A stretch of 64,000 nucleotides of DNA. Origin: Cetorhinus maximus (taxonomy: Eukaryota). Numbering within the stretch: the first letter of the stretch is position 1; each line of letters starts with the position of its first letter. Below are positions 1-13,489 of the stretch, piece after piece. The position numbers and the translations under genes are program-made. The stretch spans positions 47,182,001-47,246,000 of the forward strand of contig NC_135892.1 in assembly GCF_964194155.1 (NCBI RefSeq), read 5' to 3'. The notes below the pieces were generated by a model. That model was not told the DNA's origin. It did not search any database and saw only the letters and a list, made by a program, of their open reading frames with translations.

Positions 1-584
1 AGTTTGCCGGTTGGTGATGTAGCAATATACTCACCATCACTTTTGAGCTTGTGATTCTATTTGGAGATATCCTGTTGAACTGTCATCCTGTTAAATTGGT
101 GTCTTCTGAAGGAAAGAGAAGGGAAAAAAGTTCAGCAGGCAAACCACAAAGTTAATTCTTTAGCACGTGAATTATAATTTTCCAGAAGTCAGCAGAGATT
201 TTAAAATGAGAAATAAAGAAGAACAAGGAGCCCCAGTGAAATGAGGTGGAAGGCATGGTGATACCAGTCCCATCATGTAACCATGCCATTGTAATTGTTG
301 GGATTGTTCCAGGCAGCGCCCTGCAAGTGAACATACAGCTCTAATAGGAAGTGCTCTTTACTCTTTCCTCTGTGTGCCAGAATTAAACACACTCCAGGTA
401 CTGGTTGACTAACTGTTCTCTGAAATTGTCTCGTAAGCCACTTGGTTCAAGGGTGATTAGGGATGGGCAACAAATGCTACCGATGCCCACATCCCAAGAA
501 AGAATAAAACAGAAGAAAGCACATGAAAATTGGTTCATGTTGTTTCTAAATGCATTGCATTTCTCTGTTGGATTTGTACCACTT

Positions 585-2810
585 TGGGCCTGGTTTGAAA
601 TTTAACCATTTGCCTGGCAGAAACTGGGAGAGGGAGTAATGAAAATGAGGCCAGTCACTTTCCCCTCGAACCCTGCTGGATTCTGACTGTGTCCCGATGT
701 TAAGCTCTTCTTCGAAACAGATGAGCACGATGCCAGCTGGAAAGTAGTGGGCTCCTCTTTAAATATGCAGATCGGGCCCAGTGATGGGTTAAACACCTGA
801 CCTGCAAAATGAATTAGATGCCTGAATAAAATAGGAATGTTTGCTCACCCAGCAAGTCAGAGTTGCTGGGAGCTGGATCATGGGCCAGAAAATACCCAAC
901 AGCTAAGTTTAAAAAAAATAATTTTAGGTTTCCTGTGAGGAAGAGCAGCTCCTCACCCTGGACTCACAAGGAAGCCTTGGGCCTCCCTTTTCCAAGGATT
1001 CCCTACTTCCACCCAATAGCCTCCAGAACCTTCCCCCACCAACTGACTAAAGTTCCCACAGGTTCCTAATTGCATCTGCTGCTATTATATTTCTTTCCTT
1101 GTCGGCCGGACACATGGTGAATCTGGTTAGGTTCTAGCGAGACTCCGGGCACCTTTTTAGAAAGGTACCCAGAATCCTTGGGTGCACTGCCCATACCTGC
1201 CTGCCTCAATCCTTTAAAATCAAGGTCTATTTGTATTTATTTGAAGACTCCTCAAGTGTGTGCTGCTTTCTGTGTTACATTCGATGGATCTGGGAAAAGA
1301 GAGGAAAATGGCTGGTGTAAGATCACTGGTGGGAGGGGGTTGGTAACACAGTGACCTTTCATGGATCTCAGAAAATTAAAAGGGGCAGATCGGAGTAGAG
1401 TTTTCCACAAACATAAATGAAACCCAAAGGTTGAGTGATTTTCTTCCTTCTTGATTAGGTTCACACCCTTTGCAAATGGGCCTGAAGATACTCCTGAAGA
1501 AATCCTGGCACGCATTGGAAGTGGGAAGTATGCCCTGACTGGAGGAAACTGGGACACCATTTCTGACGCTGCCAAGGTGAGTGGAGCCAATGTAAGCAAA
1601 CAGGCAAACCACTGAGCCCTGTCTTCCAAACAATGTGGAGCAAATTTTGCTGAAAATATGGAGATATCTGAATGATGCACAATGTTATTAATGCACAAAT
1701 TGGGCAGCAACTTGTAGCAAGCAAGAGATACCCTGTGAATTGCGAATTGGTGCAAGTGTTGGCTGATCTGTGTCGATCGCTGTTAGCTGCAGAAAAACAA
1801 CACCTTATGCTTAACTTGCCTGTGATTTTCATGATGTTGTACATTAAATTGCCCATTAAACTCACTGCAGGAAGTTGACTAGTAGTTAATTGTGTAAGTA
1901 TCCTTTTAATGATGTCATTATTGACTGCCAACGTACCACTTCCACGGAAAGGGAACAATTGTAATATTTATATTTGGAGCCTCATTCCTCATAATCATTT
2001 TAGAAGATTTTAAAAATGCTAAATTTTAAATGTAAATTATCTTTTCTTACTTTTCTTTTCTGCCTCTTTTTTCACTCTCTTTTAATCCGATATTTCTGTC
2101 CCTCTCTTTGGCCCTGAGCTGTACTGAGCTTTCCAAGTAGGGGTGTGGAATTCTGGTCCCTGAACACATTGAAGTTTTAGTTCCATGGCCTATTATTTTC
2201 TTCTCCCATGAGCTTCCCTGCCTGATTGTTAGGCGTACGTTGTGGTCAGGTGGCTGCAGAAGACGCCACACCCCATGAGCAGATAGGTTTCCTGCTGCTG
2301 GAGGAGAGATCGCGATTTGAAGGGGGTACAATGTGGTTTGTAGGACTGAGGGGCGATGGCGAGGGATCAGAGACAGAACGGGCCAGAGGTGGCGGTAGGA
2401 GTAGGAGGGTTGCTGATTTTAAGGTGGGGGTTCAGATCATGTGGATGGAAGCATATTAACTTGGGGGACCGGGTCTCTTGCTGCACCAGGTCCACAAGCA
2501 GTGCTTGATAAGTTGTTACCATTTCCATGTAGCAGTCCTCATCTCTCTACAGCTGTAAGGTTTCAAGAGGCCTGGGAAACCAGGCTGGCTAAGATTAAAT
2601 CTGGAAGAGAAAAATAATATCAGACAGGCAGCCTCATTAACATCTTCAAACAAACACTTTGTCTCCCGGAAGCGGGTTTGTTGCCCGCTGCCATGCCACC
2701 TATGTTAAAACTGAAAGTGGGTGGATTTGATACGGGTTTCTTTGGGGCTTGAGATGTAAAAATCTTTTATGTCCCACCTGTTTTTGGGGGTTAAAATTTC
2801 TGGGTGCTAA
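585..2810. mobile_element. Highly decayed Harbinger-type non-autonomous remnants on both sides of the 1459-1576 exon
   Basis: Motif similarity to the MITEs elsewhere in the window (tttaaatatgca, ttaaaatc ends); boundaries imprecise. Confidence 0.35.
1459..1576 (+). CDS. RPS6KA2: RPS6KA2 (p90 RSK3) internal coding exon, C-terminal kinase domain
   Basis: ttgattAG|g...gccaag|GTgagt, 118 bp. Translates (G)[39 protein letters not shown], the RSK C-terminal kinase segment; KYAL..GNWD.ISDAAK is the RSK3-type wording as I recall it. Confidence 0.95.
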
Positions 2811-3253
2811 GTTGGATAGCCCCAACTGAGGGGATCACAATGCGTGATTACCATGGGTTCATTCAATGTGTTGTGCTGCTTGGTCGTTTGAACGATTGCC
2901 GTGTGCAGACAGTGCTAACCACACTGTTCATTATCTGCACACATCAACGGAGGGGTGAGGAGGGACAATCATAGAAAATCAGAATTTTAGAAATTTGAGG
3001 CATAGGAGGCCATTCCACCCATCCTGCCTGTGCTACCCAAAAGAGAGCTATCCATCTCTTGGGGAGATGGTGGCATTGTGGTAATGTCACTGGACTAGCA
3101 ATCCAAAGGCCCAAACTAATACTCTTGGGAACATGGGTTCAAATCCCACCATGGCAGCTGGTGAAATTTAAACTCAATTAATAAAATCTGCATTGTAAAT
3201 TAATAATTAAAAATAACTGAGCCTTGAGTATATTCAGTGAGCCAGCCTCTATA

Positions 3254-5545
3254 GGAACAAAGGAGCAGGAGTTGGCCATTTGGTCCTCAAGCCTGCTCTG
3301 TCACTTAACTACACCATGGCTGATCTTCTACCTCAATGTCCCACACTATCCCCATATCCCTTGATGTCATTTGTATTTAGAAATCTATCGACCTCTGCTT
3401 TGAAAATACTCAATGACTGAGCCACCACAGCCCTAGGGGTAGAGAATTCCAAAGATTCACCACCCTCTGAGTGAAGAAATTCCTCCTCTCCTCGGTCCCA
3501 AATGGCCTGCCTCTTATTCTGAGACTATGCCCCCTGGTGCTACACCCCACCAAGCCAGGGGAAATATCCTTCCTCTTGCGCCCTGTAAGAATTTTGTACA
3601 CTTCAATGAGATCACCTCTCATTCTTCTAAACTCTAGAGAATACAAGCCCAGTTTCCTCAATCTATCCTCATACGACAATCCCGCCATCCCGGGATTAGT
3701 CTGGTGAACCTTTGTTGCACTCCCTCTATGGCCAGTATATTCTTCCTTAGGTAAGGAGACCAAAACTGTACACTACGCTCCAGGTGTGGTTTCACCAAGG
3801 CTCTTTACAACTGCAGCAAGACATCCTCACTCCTGTACTCAAATCCCCTTGCAATAAATGCTAACATACCATTTGCCTTTCTAATTGTTTGCTGTACCTG
3901 CATGTTCTCTTTCAGTGACTTATGAACAAGGACACTCAGGTCTCTTTGGACATCAACACTTCCCAATCTCTCCCCATTTAAAAAATACTCTGCATTTCTG
4001 TTTTTCCTACCATAGTGATTAACTTCACATTTTTTCTGCATTATATTCTCTCTGTCATGTTCTTACCCACTCACTTAATCTGTCTAAATCTCCTTGAAGC
4101 CTGTTTGCATCCTCCTCATAACTCACATTCCCACCAAGTTTTGTGTCATCAGCAAACTTGGAAATAATACAAACCTTCTTCAGAGCTCTGAAGCTCTGAA
4201 GAAGAGTCATACGAAGTCGAAACATAACTCTGTTTCTCTCTCTACAGACCTTCTGAGTTTTTCCAGCATTTTCTGTTTTTGTTTCAGATTTCCAGCATCT
4301 GCGATATTTTGCTTTCATCTTGGAAATATTACATTTGGTCCCCACATTCAAATCATTGATATAGATTGTGAATAACTGGGGCCCAAGCAGTGACCCATTA
4401 GTCACATCCTGTCAACCTGAGAATGATCCATTTATCCCTACCCTCTGTTTTCTGTCTGTTAACCAATCCTCAATCCATGCCTGTATATTTCCCCCAATCC
4501 CATGAGCTCTAATTTGTTTACTAATCTCCTGTGTGGGACCTTATCAAAAGCCTCCCGAAAACCCAAATATACCACATCCACTGGTTCTCCCTTATCTATT
4601 CTGCTAGTAACATCCTCAAAAACTCCAATAGGTTTGTCAAACAAGATTTCCCTTTCATAAATCCAAGTTGGCTCTGCCCAATCCTACCATTATTTTCAAA
4701 GTGTCCATTTATCATATCCTTTATAATAGATGCTAGCATTTTCCCTACTACTGAAGTCAGGCTTAGAGGTGTGTCATTTCCCCATTTTCTCTCTCCCTCC
4801 ATTCTTAAATAATGGGATTACATTTGCTCCCTTTCAATCTGGAGGCACCGTTGCAAAATCTGTAGAATTTTGAAAGATGACTACCAATGTATCTACTACC
4901 TCTACAGCCACCTCTTTCAACGTTTTGATGATGTACATCATCAGGTCCAGGGGATTCATCAAATTTTGGCCCCATTACTTTCTCCAGCACTAACTTTTTA
5001 CTAATACTAATTTCTTTCAGATCCTCAATCTCACTAGTCCCTTGGCTCCCCAATATTTCAGGGAGGTTTTTTTGTATCTTCCTCCATGAAGGCAGACCCT
5101 AAGTATTTGTTCAGTTTCTCTGCCATTTCCTTATTATCCATTATAAATCCTCGATTCTCTGCCGATAATGGGACCATGTTTGTCTTTACTAACCTTTTCC
5201 TTACATATCTATAGAAGCTTTTATAGTCTGTTTTTATGTTCCCCACTGTTTTAATTGCATGTTCTATTTTCTCTTTCTTTATCAATTTCTTGGTTCTCTT
5301 TTGCTGAATTTTAAAATGCTCCCAATCCTCATGCTCCTTCTTTGGCAACTGTATAATGCCGCTTCCTTAGATCTGATAGAATACTTAACTTATCTTGTTA
5401 GCCATGGTTGAATCATTTTTCCTATTAACTTTTTGTACCTTAAAGGAATGCAAATGTGTTGCAAACCATGTATTAATTCTTTAAACGCTAGCCATTGCCT
5501 ATTTACCATCATACCTTTGAATGTAGTTCTCCGATCTACCTCCAC
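3254..5545 (-). mobile_element. Decayed CR1 LINE, ORF2 RT region plus 3' end
   Basis: ORF fragments [45 protein letters not shown]; CR1-type 3' end near 3254-3300. Confidence 0.9.
4172..4318 (-). mobile_element. Short Penelope-type terminal repeat inserted into the CR1
   Basis: Flanked by a 15-bp duplication cttggaaata(a/t)taca (4157-4171, 4319-4333). Same sequence family as copies at 19003, 19549, 20571, 40701, 45770, 47330 and 63720. The Penelope attribution is inference. Confidence 0.7.
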
Positions 5546-5699
5546 TGCTCTCTGGGGTAGAGAATTCCAAACACTAGCAACCCTCTGAGAGAAGAAATTT
5601 CTCAGTCTTTGATAAAGTGCAGGAGAAGAGATATTAAATCGCAAAAGGTCTTATGATGCAAAGCCAAAGGAAGTGGTAATGGTGAAGAAACAATAAATT

Positions 5700-6680
5700 T
5701 GTCTAGAGCAGGTATGAATAGTAGGATAATGAATTGCTACCATCTGAAAGTAAAGAAAATAACAGAGAAAAACCAAACTAGCAAAGAAAAATGAACCAAA
5801 ATGGGGGTAGAGGTTACGATCTAAACTTGTTGAACTCAATGTTAAGTCTGGGGAGGCTGTAAAATGCCCAGTCAAAAGGTGAGGTGCTGTTCCTCGAGCT
5901 TACGTTCAGATTCATTGTAACCCTGCAGGAGGCTAAGGACAGAAAGGTCAGAGTGGGAGCACGGTGGAGAATTAAAGTGACAGGGCCATGCTTGTGAACT
6001 GAACATGTTCCACAAAGGGGTCACCCAATCTGCATTTGGCCTCTCCAATGTACAGGCGACCACATTATGAGCAGTGAATACTGTATATAAATTGAAAGAA
6101 GTACACATCAATCACTGTTTAATCTGGAAGGAGTGTTTGGGGCCCTGGACAATGAGAAAGAGGGAGGTAAAAAGGCAGGTATTACATCTCCTGCAATTGC
6201 ATGGAAAGGTCTGTTAGGAAAGGGAGGGATTGTTGGGGATGATTGAGGAGTACAGCAAGGTAATGCAGAGGGACAGGCCCTTTGGAATGCTGAAAGGGGA
6301 GGGGAAGATGTGTTTGTCGGTGACATATCACTGGATGTGGTGGAAGGTTGTGGATGATTTGTTGAATGTGGAGGCTGGTGGGGTGAAAAGTGAGGACAAC
6401 AGAAAACCTTCTCATGGTTCTGGGAGGGAGGGAAAGGGATGGAAGCAGAGGTGCATAAAATAGAATTGGTTGGAGGTCAGGGTGGGAAGATCTCCAGAGG
6501 ACATGAGGCTAGTGACAGTCCTGGAAACAATGGCTAGATGTTTGGTGGTGTGGTCCAGGGGTAGGTTGGAGGAAGTGTCAGAGAGTCGGTGCTCATCCTC
6601 TGTGAGGTAGAGCTCAGTACATTGGACAGCAATGACACAATGTTGTTAACAGGTGTCATGACAATATTAGGGTTGGACCT
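5700..6680 (-). mobile_element. Penelope-like element remnant (GIY-YIG endonuclease region)
   Basis: Frameshifted minus-strand text CTSFNL-Y..I-CS-CG-LYIGETK-RLGD-F-EH at about 6000-6110 and RKLEEQHL-F near 5880. Confidence 0.75.
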
Positions 6681-7639
6681 ACCCTACCTGCCCTGTCCAA
6701 TCTTTCCTCATGGCTAAATTTTCACAGTCCTCGCAATGCCTTCATAAATCTCATCTATACCCTCTCTAGTGCAATCATACCCTTCCTGCAATGTGATGGC
6801 CGGGACTATATGCAGTAGTCTAGCTGCGGTCTAGCTCGTGCTTCATAGAGTTCTGGTGTATCATCCATGCTCTTATCTTCTATGCCACAGCTAATATAGC
6901 ATCCCACCTGCCATGCTAACCACCTTATCTACTGCCTTTCTACCCCACACACATGTAACTTTTTTGGTCTCTAATTGCTTCTGCTCTTTCCTTAGCTATC
7001 CTCTTGCTCTTTATATATTTATAAAACATTTTTTGGTTTTTATTGGTAATATTTACTTGCCAATATTTTTTCCTGTCCTCTCTTTGCTTTCCTAATCTCT
7101 TCTTAAATTTCACCCCTGCACCTTATATACTCCTTTCAGTTTTCTGCAGTCCTGAGCTCAAAAGCCGTATCTTAACAACTGTATAACTAGCCTCAGCCAC
7201 TGCTTAATTCACAACATCTTCACTTGCCTACCAACAATCTCTTATCAATTAGGACTCATACCTAGCATTCATAGCTTCACCTTACCCTCACACACAAGCC
7301 TCAAAACCACATCTCACAGCTTGCAGCTATTCAGTCATGACAACTACATATCCAAACATATTGGAAAACACTCACTAATAGATCTTGCTGTTGCAGGAAA
7401 AAGGAACACATAACCAAAGGCAGCAGGAACTAACTGGAGAGGGAGTGCTCCGCCTGTATGAAGGAAGCAGTGCTGGGTATGATAGGAAAGTCCATTGCTT
7501 AGAATGTTGAAGATGATGGTATCCTCATAGGCTGCAATTTTGTAAACAGAGTGCCATTCCTGACACCAGAACTGGAACTCTGCACCACTTCCACTTCCTC
7601 TCTTTTTGCCATTTGCCACATGATTCTAATTAAAATTGG

Positions 7640-10600
7640 AAGTGCTGGCGGCATGCATGGAACACGCCTGCAATGTAGCACCAGGGGAAGATTTCCGTTC
7701 TTCAAACCCGCCATCGGATGACAATGCTGCATCTATGGGCAGCCTATTCAAGAGTCTCCTGCTCAAACAGGAGGCTCTGCATCCCCGCCAGAACACTGCA
7801 GCTCCGCAAAGTGCCATATTTGTCAGAGAGAAGTGTGACCGCCAAGTTAAACCACAGAAGAGTGAGTGCATGATCAGCCTTCGTGCCACATGGCAATTGA
7901 GGTCAAAGCCTGCAGAGGTTTGGTATTTGTGAGCACTTGGATGTAATGTGTGAATTATAGGTTCGTATGTGTGATGGGGATGCAAACAAGGGGGTTGGGT
8001 GTCACTTGACATCTCACTAACTCAGCACTTTGTCATGCAGGACAAGCAGACCCATAATGCTGATGAGAGGAGATCCACAGGAGGTGGAGTTCCTGACCTC
8101 AGGCTCCTCACAGTCACTGAGAAGGAGGTGATGGAGATTGCTGGGTTAGAGGGAGCATCACCAGTTGCAGATGGTGAGGCTGGACCAACCAGGTGTAAGG
8201 AGGATGAGGCAACCAGCCTGCTGGTAGCAAAAGGGCACAGAGGATGGCTGTGATGAAATGTGAAGCACTCAAACTCTGATGATTCTTAATGTGATTCTTT
8301 TTGTTCTCCACTACAGGTCATCACCATCCAAGAACCAGGCCGCAGCCATGGCAGGAGCCTGAAGACACCACTTCTGGGCACGAAGCACCCGCTGTCCCAA
8401 AGGATTCACCATCTCCGCCTCATCATCCATCTTCACCAACACAGCTACACCCATACATTCTGCAGGCGGGTCACATATAGATTCAGGAGCACAATCAGGT
8501 GTACATGCCACAGACATGTCCCATCAGCTGAGGGAGGAGATGACAGCTGGGTCCCCAGCCAATCGGACAACTGCTGGGGACCAGGCCCCTGCTGAGCTCC
8601 ACTCTGATGATGGGCTTCTGGTCATGGTCACAAGAAGCCTGCTGGACACGCAGTAAAGGCTAAGGGAAAATGTGTTGGAGATGCCAGGGATTATGCGCAG
8701 CTTACCAAGGTGTGTGGAGGAGTCCGTGCTAGCCATGAGTTCTTCCATGTCCCAGGCATTTGAGCACATGGCTTAATCCAAGGAGAGGAGGGCAACTGTC
8801 AATGGGAGCCAAGTGGACCATTCGATCAATATGCACTCCGACCTGAATTCCATTACTCTAGCCATGAGCTCAGTGCAGCAGTGGCTAGGCAAGAGGGAGA
8901 CAAGGCCCCTGGATCTCTCTCCAGGGGTCCCTTCCTGGGCGCAGTTTACGACTTACAGCTGCAGTTGGTTGTTCCCAAGGAGCTTTTATGACCACATGAG
9001 TTCAATTGATGATACCTTGCACTCTAGGAGACCCAGTGATGACACCGAATGCGGCTAACCTTACAGTCTGGCTGCCTTCATCGGTGGCGAAGTGGATAAA
9101 ATAATTGGCATGACTAAATAGGGCATCAGTCACCTCCTTTATGCACCCATATGTGACAGCCTGTGAGATGTCGCATATGTCACCTGTCACATCCTGAAAG
9201 CCACCAGTGACGTGGGAATTGAGCACCGCTGTAACCTTGAGGGCCACTGGCTTGGGCTCCCCACGTCTTGATGAACAATTCAACATATCTCAGTGGCCAT
9301 TTCCCCCGACATCCTGAGACGTCTCCGGCATCGCCTTCCTCACATCTGGAGGTAGTTTGTTTTTGTCCTCCGAATGCATTGACACGCCAGTGCCCATCTT
9401 TGCCAATGCCTTTCTTGATTGTCTGCAGCCAGACCAGCCTCCCTCTCTGGGGCTGCCTGCTGTTGGCCTTGCGGTCTCTGTTGTTGGACAACAAGTGCTC
9501 TCTCTCTCTTCATATTCCCTTCTCCTGCTCCCGAGGTTGCAGGAATATCAGGTGAAGTATCTCTGCATCTCAACCTGTCATGAGAAATCAGATTTTCGCA
9601 TCCGGCCTAATTAAGCCACCCTACACACCACATTTCCCGCACTTGTGGGCTGCATAAAATCCAACTCCCACTAACACCATAATCCTCCTCCTCAAATCCA
9701 CTTCCCCCTCACCACACAATCTCTTCTGCCTTACTAACTGCAGGTGTGATAATCACTCACTTCTTACTTTCTCCTCTCCCCTCACCACAACCTTTACCCT
9801 TGTTCCTTTTTCCTTTCAGATACCCAAGAATTGCAGCGGAGGAAGATCAGAAAGACAATGATGATGAAGACAGATTATCACTTAGTTTTACACTCACAGC
9901 TACCAGCTCAGATTTGGCACTGTGCGAATTTTAGAGAATGGCATAGAGGCAGGATGTGTAGAGACACTAAGCACAAGTCTGCTTCCGTCAGGGCAGGAAG
10001 CAAGGATAGTGCATGTGGCAGCTCGACAGAGGGTGAAGTTGAACAGGAGTTCTGCTGCAGAGGACTCAGATGAGCGCTTTGAAGACTACAGAGAAAGGCT
10101 AATGAGTGCACACAATGACATGCCTGGTGTATTAGGAAACCTGCCAGAAAGCCTGAGGTCAATGTCAAGGAACATCAACTTGGTACAGAGTTTTTCACAA
10201 AGCTTGTAGCCCTTCCTTTCCAGCCTGGAATTGGTGGCCAACTCCATCAGCCCCGTTATAGAACCAACCATTATACAGTGCCTGATGGCCGATGCTTCCA
10301 TTACACAAGAAGAGCAGCTTCCACCAGAAGTCTGAGTGCTGCAGTGGAAGCTCATATTGCTCTCCTGCAAGCTCAGTTTTCTACCATTCAAGCTCAAACT
10401 GCAGCACATCGATGTACAAAAGGACTTGCAAGGTGCCACAACAGTCCAGCAATCTGTTCAACAGGTTACAAGGTTGCTGAGGCATTGCCCTTTGGCTCCA
10501 CTGAACTCGAGCCTGCTTTCCTCTCTTAGGCTGACAGAATTTGTGAGCCCATCTCTGCCACTCTCTCACTGCCCTTGCTGTTGCCTGGCAACCAGCCAGC

Positions 10601-11645
10601 CCACAACTGCCAATAAATGCTGAGATGGTACAGTTCGCAACCGAGCCCCCTAGACCCAGAGCTGCTCGAGGTCATCCTGCATAGCCATCTGCAGCCTCCC
10701 CCACTGAAAGTCAGCAGCTTCCACCAGCCATGATGCAGCCACTGGGGTAGCGCTGCATAGGAGCACTAGACAAGACAAAGGCACAAGGAAGATGGGCATT
10801 AAGGGAATGCACAAGGATGATTAGTTTATGTTTGTATGCAATATGGAATGATTTGATTTAAAAAGTAGCTTGGCATGCTTATTGTGTGTTGACTTTCATT
10901 TTTGCACTGTGACCAAGAAGATGATGTAATGGTCAGGGAGAGAGGGAAGGTAAGGTGTGGGACCGTTGGTGTTGGGGAATTAAGATTAAGGTTCCTGGAA
11001 TTGCACTCAAATTAATTCAAAACAAAGGATCTGTCTGGGTTTTCCTCCTCTTCCTTTTCCATCTTCTCCAGCAGATCGTCCTGTTCTGTGTCACCTCTGT
11101 TCGTTCTCCCAGTCATACTCAATTCCAAGGGGAAAGCCTACTAGTGCACCCATAAATGAGGGCAAATGCTTTGTGCAGAAGCCTTGTAGTCAGCATGTGA
11201 CACATTACTCTCTACAGATTTTTGAAACTTGAAGCAACTATGGAAGGCACCAAAAATGTGTAGAATTGTAGCAACAGCCAGAAGAAATAAACCAGCAATT
11301 AGCATGAATGTAGTTGGCGATCCCTTTACATAGAACTGGCAAGAGGTCCTTCATGCCGCTTAATGCGTGTTCAGCTGGGCAAGGTTAAGAGAAGATTCAG
11401 GCTGGAGCATTGAGCTTTCAAAATGCCACAGTTGCATTAAATTAGTGTTGCATGCTGATTGACAGCATAATCTGCCTGTACTGTATATGCTTTTATTTGG
11501 ATGTGCAGTGCACATGCTCTGTAACCTCTTTACCAGGATGACGTTCAGCGTGCTTGACATCAGAGGTGTCCACGTGCACCTCAGATGCAGTTTTGGAATC
11601 TCAATGGCACTCAAAATGGGTGCTCCTGAGTCCAATTTTGCCCTA
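7640..11645. mobile_element. Cluster of decayed PIF/Harbinger elements (Myb-like ORF remnants on +, transposase N-terminal remnant on - at 9002-9570)
   Basis: ORF 9002..9286 ALKVTAVLN..TGGFQ..TGDICDISQ...CIKEVTDALF...VQGII is HARBI1-like. The + pieces HNADERRSTGGGVPDLRLLT resemble Harbinger Myb/SANT ORFs. Terminus aattttgccc at about 11634-11643. Confidence 0.75.
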
Positions 11646-12334
11646 AATTCTTTATTTCTATTTCTGTACCTGATTTAACATTGAATTCACCCACTTCATT
11701 TCACCTCCTCCTCAGTCCTTCTTCACCCTTTATTTCTCATTGGTGAAGGAGGTATATGGTTTGTTCCTTGTTCACCAAGCTCCAAGATGCTCTGTTGCCA
11801 TTGTTTGTTGCCATCCTTAGCTTGCATTTTTAGCAACGTGTGTGCAAAGATCTTTGAGTGTAAACATGCATGAACATGTCTAACTATTGGGTATTATATT
11901 CCAGCAAAATCTGGCCCTGTAGTTCCACAAAATTGAACTTTCTCTCCTTTTCCTCTCTGCCCAATACCTTAATTAAATGGTCATTCTACATGTATCAACC
12001 CAGTTAGTACATATTGGCAGACTATTTTACCATACAGATTGGGGGAGCAGGACAGTTTATATTTATTCACAGGATGTGGATATCACTGGTAAGACCTATA
12101 TTGATTGCCCATTCGTTAATGCCTTCACTCCTGAACCCAATTCTATTTTCTTGCAACACTTGGATCCATTCAGTTTCCAGTAGAAATCGCTGGGCAATAA
12201 CCGGAATGGAAAACGAGGTTAATTAAATACTGTTGCAGCCACCATATGAACAGAGATCAGATATTCAGCACAAGCCAGAGATCAATACCACACCATCTGG
12301 TGAACTAAGTTTATAGAGAAACTTTCCTGCAAGT

Positions 12335-13097
12335 GAGAGATTGCTGAAGTCCTGGGTCAGAAGTTGTGGGTACAGTCCTCACTCAAGACTTAAGTAAAAG
12401 GGGTGGAATCTTCACAGTTGTCCTCCTGATTGGCCACCAGAACTTCAGCCGAGGATCAACCATTTCTGGAGGTTTCCGCAGATCTCCTGCAAAATTGATG
12501 TTAGCCAAGCATGAGAATCCCTGCAGAAATTTCTCCCCGTAATCTAGGCTGCCACTTCAGTGCGGCACCGAGAGAGTGTGGCACTGTCGGAGGTGCCATC
12601 TTTCAAAAGAGGCATTAGGTCAAGGTTCTATCTGCTCCACTCGCACTATTTGAGGAAGAGTCAAGGGAAATGTCCTGAACGTTTATCCCCTAACCATGAT
12701 GACTGAAAACAGACCATCTGATCGTGTATCTTATTGCTCTTTGTAGGAACTTGTAGAAATTGTATAAATTTGCTGCCAACATGAAACAGTGACTGGGCCT
12801 TCAGTTCTGGAATTCCCTCCCTAAACATCTCCACCTCTCTCCACTTCTTCAATAGTCTCTTTAAAACCTACCACTTTGACCAAAATTTTAATTATCTGTA
12901 CTAATACCTTTTTATGAGGCTCTGTGTCAAATTTTGATAATAAGCCTATGAAGTGCTTTGGGACGTTTTACTGCATAAGAGATGCTCTATAAATATAAGT
13001 TGTTGTTGCTGTATACTTAAAATTAATTTGTTGCCCATAAAACACTTTGGGGTGCCCTGACATTGTCAAAGGTGTTACAGAGATGCAAATTCTTTTT
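12335..13097 (+). mobile_element. Deu-domain SINE (SacSINE1/AmnSINE1-like) carrying a small MITE (about 12400-12538) and a LINE 3' tail (about 12805-13010)
   Basis: Core gcactgtcggaggtgccatctttc...cactatttgaggaagag...atttgctgcc matches the Deu-SINE core from memory. The nested piece has gggg...cccc inverted ends. Confidence 0.65.
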
Positions 13098-13351
13098 AAA
13101 TGGGCCTGATGCATTTGTCAAAATAGCAGGCAACAAAGTTTTATAAATATTAATTTGCAGTTTTAAATTTTATAATATAATTTCAACAACAATAACTTGT
13201 TCCTTTACTGCCATAAAACACCCAACATCATTGAGAGGAATGTAATCAAACAAGAACTTACACCAAACCAAAAGAGATAACATAAGTGCAAAATATTTAA
13301 TGAATTGTAAAAAGTTGCTGCTTGTCTAATATATTGGGCTTTCCTCTACAG

Positions 13352-13489
13352 GACATGGTATCTAAGATGCTGCATGTAGATCCTCATCAAAGGCACACGG
13401 CAGCACAGGTCCTTCGACACCCCTGGATAATGAAACGAGAATACCTATCACAGAATCAGCTCAGCAGACATGACGCCCATTTAGTCAAG
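13352..13489 (+). CDS. RPS6KA2: RPS6KA2 penultimate coding exon
   Basis: ttcctctacAG|gac...gtcaag|GCaagt, 138 bp, phase 0/0. Translates [46 protein letters not shown], continuous with both flanking exons. Confidence 0.95.

Noticed and set aside
1252-1958. 165-167-aa minus-strand ORFs
   Set aside because: Antisense to the RSK3 exon and decayed repeats; no recognisable domain.
3061-3155. tRNA gene-like A and B boxes
   Set aside because: Head of a tRNA-derived SINE repeated at 21838 and 29202; no cloverleaf.
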